From a virus (taxonomy: Duplodnaviria; Heunggongvirae; Uroviricota; Caudoviricetes): 11,945 nt of DNA. The number at the start of each line of letters is the position of its first letter. Position 1 is the stretch's first letter. The stretch is from the IMG/VR virus record IMGVR_UViG_2681813261_000018; one strand, given 5' to 3'. A model generated the notes under the pieces. It was not told where the DNA came from. It made no database searches and saw only the letters and a program-made list of their open reading frames with translations. Position numbers and translations under genes: made by a program. Below are positions 6,794 to 11,945 of this stretch, piece by piece.

Positions 6794-6870
6794 CAGGGAA
6801 ATTTTCAGAAACGGCAAGGAACGTATTCATGAGCCGACGGGAAACGGCCAGGATTTTTTCGGGAAACGGC
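6794..6870. repeat. iteron-like direct repeat cluster 2 (about 22-bp unit GGATTTTC-RGG-AAACGGC)
   Basis: CAGGGAAATTTTCAGAAACGGC (6794-6815) and CCAGGATTTTTTCGGGAAACGGC (6848-6870), plus ACGGGAAACGGCC (6837-6849); same unit as cluster 1. Confidence 0.55.
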
Positions 6871-6994
6871 TGCATTCGCCTTTATGTAGAAAAAACATCG
6901 GGAAGCTGGTGGAATCCAACCAGCGGTTGTCGGACAGGCGAGCGGGGAAAATTATGATGACTTTCGTCGCCTGAGACATCCAGATTTCTTTCGT

Positions 6995-7120
6995 AGCATA
7001 ATCACATACGTGATTAAGTGGTGTGATTATGTGAAAAATCACGCGCACATAATACGCGAGCGGATACGGAACAAAACAAAATGCCGATCCGCGCCGACAA
7101 TTAAACGCGGATCACATAGC
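6995..7120. promoter_or_regulatory. palindrome-dense region (ATCAC/GTGAT half-sites), candidate operator cluster or origin
   Basis: TAATCAC-ATAC-GTGATTA (6999-7016); ATTATGTG ... CACATAAT (7026-7033 and 7045-7052); GCGGATACGG ... CCGATCCGC (7060-7093); five ATCAC/GTGAT pentamers in about 110 bp. Confidence 0.4.
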
Positions 7121-7324
7121 AAGAATAAAAGCCAATGATTAACCATACACCATAGCGCAATATAACGCGTTTTAAGCGCGTTAATGTGTTGAGTAATGGG
7201 TATGTACTGGTAAGATATAAAAGCGCGTTTATGGCGTTATTTTGGCGCTTATTTTTCTGCTGTTGGCTTGAATCAAAGACAATAAAAAAGCGCCATCATT
7301 GGCGCGTTATGGTGGGAGTATTGG

Positions 7325-7354
7325 AAACGAAAAAAGCGCCCATAGTGGGCGCTA
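7325..7354 (-). terminator. rho-independent terminator of the 76-aa gene
   Basis: Read on the minus strand: AGCGCCCACTATGGGCGCT hairpin followed by six T, immediately after the stop codon. Confidence 0.8.
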
Positions 7355-7358
7355 GATT

Positions 7359-7589
7359 TTATTTGTGTAAACTAATTTTGAATCCCATTTCTACAAACGC
7401 TTTCAACATTAAAAATATATCAGCGTCATTCACGTCTGCTTTTTTTCGCTCCTGGTCGCTCAGTAAGTCAATTTTGCGCGTCGTTTCATCGATAAACTCG
7501 ACTGCGCGCCCAGCGTAACCAGCGATCCCAGCGATGCGATTAACAAAATATTCATTGCGCACGTTAACGCCAGCGATAAGAATAAACAT
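7359..7589 (-). CDS. hypothetical protein (76 aa)
   Basis: ATG at 7589 with AAGGAG 7 nt upstream. Product MFILIAGVNVRNEYFVNRIAGIAGYAGRAVEF... Confidence 0.6.
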   Translation of the reverse strand: MFILIAGVNVRNEYFVNRIAGIAGYAGRAVEFIDETTRKIDLLSDQERKKADVNDADIFLMLKAFVEMGFKISLHK

Positions 7590-7602
7590 GATTAAGCTCC
7601 TT

Positions 7603-7626
7603 AAAAGCGCCCATAGTGGGCGCCAG
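7603..7626 (-). terminator. intergenic hairpin (terminator or attenuator) between two co-directional genes
   Basis: Read on the minus strand: GGCGCCCACTATGGGCGC followed by TTTT and then directly the AAGGAG ribosome-binding site of the 76-aa gene; near-identical to the hairpin at 7336-7354. Confidence 0.55.
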
Positions 7627-7636
7627 ATTCCATTAA

Positions 7637-8002
7637 TTACGCTTTGAAAGCATCAGCCAGATAGTTATAGAAATCATTTTTAATAAAGCGATATTGCTGC
7701 GTACCAGCTTTTGCGCTTCCCATTCCTTTGACTTTCTCAACAAGTCCAAGACGTTCGCAAAGATTGATAAGCTGGTTGGCTTGAGTGTATCCTGCGTCTA
7801 ATTTTATTTCGTTGGCTTTTTTCGCTTCATTCATTAAATCGAAAACAGCGCCATTTGTGAACGTCTCGATCTCGTCGTTAATCATATCGATTAATGCGAA
7901 TACACGAGATCCGGACATATCAGCGACGGAATAAACACACTTTCCAGCTTTAATGGATTTAACCAGATAAACCAGTTTTTCCAGAGAATAACTATTAGTC
8001 AT
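7637..8002 (-). CDS. hypothetical protein (121 aa or more; N-terminus uncertain)
   Basis: Frame is open from ATG 8002 to TAA 7637, but also stays open upstream to the masked block at 8055, and the 8002 ATG has a poor ribosome-binding site. The true start may lie in masked sequence. Confidence 0.5.
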   Translation of the reverse strand: MTNSYSLEKLVYLVKSIKAGKCVYSVADMSGSRVFALIDMINDEIETFTNGAVFDLMNEAKKANEIKLDAGYTQANQLINLCERLGLVEKVKGMGSAKAGTQQYRFIKNDFYNYLADAFKA

Positions 8003-8054
8003 TGCATCACGGAAAAATACTTCTGGCGCTTGTTTGCTTGCTTTGATCGCATAG

Positions 8055-8199
8055 NNNNNNNNNNNNNNNNNNNNNNNNNNNNNNNNNNNNNNNNNNNNNN
8101 NNNNNNNNNNNNNNNNNNNNNNNNNNNNNNNNNNNNNNNNNNNNNNNNNNNNNNNNNNNNNNNNNNNNNNNNNNNNNNNNNNNNNNNNNNNNNNNNNNN
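8055..8199. other. masked / undetermined sequence (145 N)
   Basis: Run of N; content cannot be assessed. Confidence 1.
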
Positions 8200-8231
8200 A
8201 TGTTCGTTATATGTTTGAGTTGCCAGATCTG

Positions 8232-8575
8232 NNNNNNNNNNNNNNNNNNNNNNNNNNNNNNNNNNNNNNNNNNNNNNNNNNNNNNNNNNNNNNNNNNNNN
8301 NNNNNNNNNNNNNNNNNNNNNNNNNNNNNNNNNNNNNNNNNNNNNNNNNNNNNNNNNNNNNNNNNNNNNNNNNNNNNNNNNNNNNNNNNNNNNNNNNNNN
8401 NNNNNNNNNNNNNNNNNNNNNNNNNNNNNNNNNNNNNNNNNNNNNNNNNNNNNNNNNNNNNNNNNNNNNNNNNNNNNNNNNNNNNNNNNNNNNNNNNNNN
8501 NNNNNNNNNNNNNNNNNNNNNNNNNNNNNNNNNNNNNNNNNNNNNNNNNNNNNNNNNNNNNNNNNNNNNNNNNNN
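8232..8575. other. masked / undetermined sequence (344 N)
   Basis: Run of N; content cannot be assessed. Confidence 1.
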
Positions 8576-8609
8576 ATTGAAAGAGTTTTAAATGAATGGC
8601 ATGTAAAAT

Positions 8610-8633
8610 AATAACCGGACTTAGCCGGTTATT
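8610..8633 (-). terminator. terminator hairpin after the 174-aa gene
   Basis: AATAACCGG / CCGGTTATT 9-bp stem with a 6-nt loop; on the minus strand it is followed by ATTTTA. Confidence 0.55.
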
Positions 8634-8645
8634 ACCCTTATAGAT

Positions 8646-9170
8646 TTAAAATGGAAGGATTCGTTCAACCCAATCGAAGAAAACAAGTATTTTTCTGCCG
8701 TCTTCTAACTTAAGAGTGACCTGGCAAGCATCAACGCCTCTTGACACCCCTTCTATTTCACGACCGTCTGTCATGTAGACCCTTATAGATTGGTCGTTTT
8801 GATAAGCCTTGCGACATATCGCAAAAAAGTCACGGCGTGATGGCTGATTGTCAACATAGTCTGGATGTATTGTTAGCCTACCTTTGAACTCGCGAGCAAT
8901 GCCATCGATTACACCTGATTCAATTGTGCTAATGCGCTCAAGTGGGAGTCTTATACGATTTTCTTTATCATATGGAATCGGGCATAAATCTAGCTTATTG
9001 CGTGAAGGCATTGTCCCCTGAACGTACATGCAAAACACCTGACCGTCTTCAAGCGTGACTCTTACAGGAATGTTGTTCTTCCGCCAGAACATAAGTATGT
9101 TCTCAGCATGTTCGTAGTCTCGCGGCCAGACTTCAGCCGGTATGCCGTAGGTGATGTCCAATGTTTTCAT
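8646..9170 (-). CDS. hypothetical protein (174 aa) with an internally repeated [VL]-x-[LM]-x-DG-[QR] motif
   Basis: ATG at 9170 overlaps the upstream stop codon (ATGA). Motifs VTLEDGQVF, VYMTDGREI and LKLEDGRKILVF suggest a repeated small beta-rich fold. Confidence 0.65.
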   Translation of the reverse strand: MKTLDITYGIPAEVWPRDYEHAENILMFWRKNNIPVRVTLEDGQVFCMYVQGTMPSRNKLDLCPIPYDKENRIRLPLERISTIESGVIDGIAREFKGRLTIHPDYVDNQPSRRDFFAICRKAYQNDQSIRVYMTDGREIEGVSRGVDACQVTLKLEDGRKILVFFDWVERILPF

Positions 9171-9760
9171 TCTGATACTCTTAGAGGTGTTTTCAGCAAC
9201 CCAAATTTAAATTCTTTGTTACCAACGACAAAGAAGGGAACCTCAACATAGATTTTTTTATCGACGGATTTAGAGTTCGCTGTTTTCTGTATGTCACGAA
9301 CGATACGTTTTGAGGTATTTTCATCGATAAACAATACCTTTCCACTTGTATTCCCTTCAGCCTTGGCGTAAGTAACGATAGGGTCTTCATTGCCAACCCT
9401 AATGTTTACTTGGCAACCTGTTGTAGCCATTTCATCACAGTAAAGTGTGCCGTCTTGAACTTCTAAAACAATTCCAGATGGCTTCATGGCTTCGTCAGAG
9501 CTTACATTAACGTTTTCTGGTACAGCGGTCCCGTTAATTTGCAACCGTAATCTTTCTTTTCCTGCATTAAGTATTGTTTCTTCTGCGTTATCTGAGAATC
9601 TGAACCAGACTGGTTGAATCAGACCTCGTGATTCGTATTTTAGTACGTCTTCAGAAGTATACATGCTGTACGTTTTTTGCATGTCGGAGACGATATCTGA
9701 CAACGCATTTGCGGAAAATGACGAGAGGTATATACAAGCAAGAAGTAACGAACGTTTCAT
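9167..9760 (-). CDS. hypothetical exported protein (197 aa) with N-terminal signal peptide
   Basis: N-terminus MKRSLLLACIYLSSFSANA-LSD: basic n-region, hydrophobic core, and an A-x-A signal-peptidase I motif at residues 17-19. Stop codon overlaps the start of the downstream gene. Confidence 0.65.
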   Translation of the reverse strand: MKRSLLLACIYLSSFSANALSDIVSDMQKTYSMYTSEDVLKYESRGLIQPVWFRFSDNAEETILNAGKERLRLQINGTAVPENVNVSSDEAMKPSGIVLEVQDGTLYCDEMATTGCQVNIRVGNEDPIVTYAKAEGNTSGKVLFIDENTSKRIVRDIQKTANSKSVDKKIYVEVPFFVVGNKEFKFGLLKTPLRVSE

Positions 9761-9859
9761 TTTTATACAGCGATTATTGCAAAGTAGAATTATAAATATC
9801 CAATAGTCTCAAACGATAAGTTTTCAACTGTAAATAGCAGACGTGTTTCTCTAAAAGCT

Positions 9860-9885
9860 GTGCGGCAAAGGCGTTGTTGCCGCAC
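9860..9885. terminator. 9-bp-stem hairpin in the 180-bp gap between the 92-aa and 197-aa genes
   Basis: GTGCGGCAA / TTGCCGCAC with an 8-nt loop; on the minus strand it is followed by AGCTTTT. May separate two transcription units or act as an attenuator. Confidence 0.4.
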
Positions 9886-9940
9886 TCTGTCTATTAGCTC
9901 TTCAAGTCTGGCAATTCTGAAATTGACTAAGAATCCAATA

Positions 9941-10219
9941 TTACGGCAGTTTGCTTAGAATTTGCTCTAAATCTTCCTTTGTCATATTAGAGTTCTCATA
10001 GATGCGCATGATTTTCTCACGAGCCTTAGCAGAGACTCCAACGGCAGATGAAACTTTGTCAAATTCAGCCATTGTCATCGCTTCCAGAATGGTATTGATA
10101 ACTTCAGCCTTAGACATTTTGATGTTTTTTTCTTTTAGTTTCATTTGAAACTTTCCAAGTTTGTCATTGGCCTTATCGGACAATGCCACCTGACAATAAG
10201 TTGTTTTCTTTTCGCTCAT
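9941..10219 (-). CDS. hypothetical small protein (92 aa), translationally coupled to the helicase
   Basis: ATG lies 2 nt after the helicase TAG stop. Product MSEKKTTYCQVALSDKANDKLGKFQMKLKEKNIKMSKAEVINTILEA..., rich in K/E. Confidence 0.65.
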   Translation of the reverse strand: MSEKKTTYCQVALSDKANDKLGKFQMKLKEKNIKMSKAEVINTILEAMTMAEFDKVSSAVGVSAKAREKIMRIYENSNMTKEDLEQILSKLP

Positions 10220-10221
10220 AA

Positions 10222-11781
10222 CTAATCTCGTTTCAGAACTCCAAAATCGAATGCTCCATCAATAGGCAATACACCTTCTGCAAAGCCAGGTGTGGTGTCG
10301 ATGATGTGTTTTCGCTCATAAGAGTGAGACAACAGGTATTTGTTGCTAATGTCAATGAAATCAGTGATAAAACACACGTTTGCCTGATTTTTTTTGGCTC
10401 GTAAGCCACGACCGACACGCTGCCTCATTTCAACTTCTGCTTTCCCACCACCAGCAAGAATGACCGCACCAACGCTTGGCACATCAACACCGACATCCAG
10501 AATAGTCGAGCCTATTAAAACATCTATTTCTCCAGACGCTAAACTGTTCAGCTTTGCTTGCCTTGTCGCCTGGTTAGATTCCCCATAGATGAAATCAACT
10601 CTAAGACCTGACTCCTTCATCATCTCCATCAGGATTTGCCCGTGGCGTTTAAGACGAACCAGAGTCATGCAGTTGAGTGAATGTTGCTTATAAAGCAATG
10701 CCTCGCGCACTATGGCCTCGTTACGTCCCAAATTATACACGATCCCCAACTGATAAGCCTTTTGGTAGGCGGTGCTCATACCAACTCTAAAATTGAGGTG
10801 TTTGTTGGCAAGTTCGGCCTTGATTCTGGCCTCGTCTGGCTTGTAGGCAACTTTATGATAAAGGAAGTACGGCTTTGCCAGAATGCCTCGATCAATCAGG
10901 TACTTTTCTGTGACTTTAATTTCAATTCGCCCGGCCACCGCCATCAGGCGCATGTTGGCTTCCGTCGAATCCTTCATGAACGGCGTGGCTGTAAGCGCCA
11001 GACGATAGTCTGCGTTCACACATAATCTGGCGATGTCATAGAAATTTGAGCCTGAAGACTCATGCGCCTCTTCCAGAATAAGAAGAGAGACACTTGAAAG
11101 GAAGCGTTTCACCAACTCCCGACGTTTGAGGTGGTAGCTTTTCTTATCTGGTGTTGCATCGCGTGGTGGTTCTTCGAGGAAACTTGCAAGAGTTTGAACT
11201 GTAGCGACGTTGATATGTCGTGATACCTGGAACTCACCCGAGCCAATGACTCCAACCTTTTGGTCTTTTAACCACGGTTCGCCATTTTCGGCGCGGTAGT
11301 CGATGGATCTCTGGAAGTTTTCGGCCATTTGAAACATCAGAACAGAGCGGGTTGTTAAAAATAATGTCATTCGACCGATACGTGCAGCTGCTTTGCAGGC
11401 AACGTTAGATTTCCCGCCACCAGTAGCGATCTGCGCAATCATCATTCCCTCTCGAACCAGTGTTTCCACAGTCTGATCCTGATACGCATAATCAGGATTG
11501 TATGGGAATGGGTTAACCGCAGGATTTGGTTTACCAAGCGCCGGGGCTTTGTCTTTGCGGATATGAACACATTTGATGCCCGCCTTGTTCAATTTCGCCG
11601 CTACAGGCTTGGCAAAGCCTGCAGGGAACGAGTTTTTACTCCAGTTGAACATTGTGCTTGTGCCCTTCCAGTCGCCAGTCTCGACTTCGTAGCTCAACAT
11701 CTGTTGCACCAGTTGCTTTACCTTGTCATCTGCGCCAGAAATAAGCGCATTAACTGCGTTAGATACAATCCGAACAGTCAT
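10222..11781 (-). CDS. superfamily-2 helicase (DEAD/DEAH / ResIII-like), 519 aa, with an N-terminal extension of about 100 aa of unknown function
   Basis: Ordered helicase motifs: Walker A QIATGGGKSNV; motif II LILEEAHES (DEAH variant); motif III LTATPF; motif VI QRVGRGLRA. ATG at 11781 with AGGAAAGAGG just upstream. Longest ORF in the window. Confidence 0.85.
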   Translation of the reverse strand: MTVRIVSNAVNALISGADDKVKQLVQQMLSYEVETGDWKGTSTMFNWSKNSFPAGFAKPVAAKLNKAGIKCVHIRKDKAPALGKPNPAVNPFPYNPDYAYQDQTVETLVREGMMIAQIATGGGKSNVACKAAARIGRMTLFLTTRSVLMFQMAENFQRSIDYRAENGEPWLKDQKVGVIGSGEFQVSRHINVATVQTLASFLEEPPRDATPDKKSYHLKRRELVKRFLSSVSLLILEEAHESSGSNFYDIARLCVNADYRLALTATPFMKDSTEANMRLMAVAGRIEIKVTEKYLIDRGILAKPYFLYHKVAYKPDEARIKAELANKHLNFRVGMSTAYQKAYQLGIVYNLGRNEAIVREALLYKQHSLNCMTLVRLKRHGQILMEMMKESGLRVDFIYGESNQATRQAKLNSLASGEIDVLIGSTILDVGVDVPSVGAVILAGGGKAEVEMRQRVGRGLRAKKNQANVCFITDFIDISNKYLLSHSYERKHIIDTTPGFAEGVLPIDGAFDFGVLKRD

Positions 11782-11814
11782 AAACCTCTTTCCTTAGTGC
11801 CTTTTGTATGTTAT

Positions 11815-11850
11815 TTGGCTATTATAATAAGTAAGTGATTACTTAGTGGA
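11815..11850 (-). promoter_or_regulatory. candidate promoter region of the helicase gene (perfect TATAAT on the minus strand, weak -35)
   Basis: Minus-strand TATAAT corresponds to plus 11821-11826; no good -35 at 17 bp. A TAAGT-N8-ACTTA inverted repeat abuts the -10. Confidence 0.35.
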
Positions 11851-11945
11851 TTGTAGCAATAAAATGGATGTAAAAATCACGATTTTGCAGGTTGATGTTG
11901 CCAACCTTCGCCCGAATACCTGGAACACCAATTCGGTTGGTGCGC

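Noticed and set aside
3135-6870. GGA-containing repeats considered as a CsrB/RsmZ-type sRNA decoy
   Set aside because: The conserved part extends beyond GGA (AAACGGC), one core lacks GGA, and I see no flanking promoter or terminator; kept only as an alternative within the iteron finding.
6829-6960. Possible 43-aa ORF starting at ATG 6829 with AAGGA upstream
   Set aside because: It runs straight through the iteron-like repeats, so its codons are dictated by the repeat; the homologous repeat cluster at 3135-3265 has no equivalent ORF.
3698-7518. Assorted overlapping track ORFs (3698-4033, 3828-4037, 4028-4237, 4185-4388, 4472-4729, 4581-4769, 5219-5407, 5939-6142, 6376-6726, 6561-6875, 6827-7048, 7186-7518) and 9193-9396
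   Set aside because: Each overlaps a better-supported gene on the same or opposite strand, or spans terminators and repeat regions; none has a good ribosome-binding site.
8030-8591. Three plus-strand track ORFs (8030-8218, 8200-8580, 8211-8591) translating to runs of X
   Set aside because: They are artefacts of translating masked N bases; only a few real codons flank the N runs.
10233-11838. ORFs 10233-10418 (minus), 10394-10588, 10681-11025 and 11563-11838 (plus)
   Set aside because: Embedded in or antisense to the 519-aa helicase gene, whose conserved motifs identify the true frame.
1-11945. Search for tRNA, rRNA, integrase, transposase and insertion-sequence inverted repeats
   Set aside because: No cloverleaf-compatible tRNA-like sequence, no rRNA-like segment and no recombinase-like ORF recognised by eye; absence cannot be confirmed without tools and the masked 489 bp remain unknown.

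Overview
The window opens with the 3' end of metG (methionyl-tRNA synthetase; the C-terminal tRNA-binding domain is recognisable) and its intrinsic terminator. Everything downstream is an AT-richer accessory segment of about 11 kb in which I could recognise no tRNA, rRNA, CRISPR array, integrase or transposase. It has three parts. (1) A plus-strand array (about 0.9-6.8 kb) of small, mostly acidic hypothetical proteins, each behind a recurring promoter/leader element (GATAAT followed by AAGAAAACAA-N-TTGTTT) and each followed by a hairpin. (2) Two long non-coding stretches (about 2.07-3.63 kb and 6.75-7.36 kb) holding an A+C-rich, G-poor tract, a repeated 22-bp iteron-like unit, and a palindrome-dense AT-rich region. 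(3) A minus-strand gene set (7.36-11.78 kb): a 519-aa SF2 helicase tightly coupled to a 92-aa protein, then a signal-peptide protein and a 174-aa protein with internal repeats; after a 489-bp masked (N) stretch, two further small genes bracketed by near-identical hairpins. The best candidates for an undescribed system are the helicase-led cluster and the co-regulated array of small acidic proteins. All functional assignments beyond metG and the helicase motifs are unsupported by homology, because no database search was possible; gene starts were chosen by Shine-Dalgarno placement, since the ORF track often begins at GTG/TTG codons.
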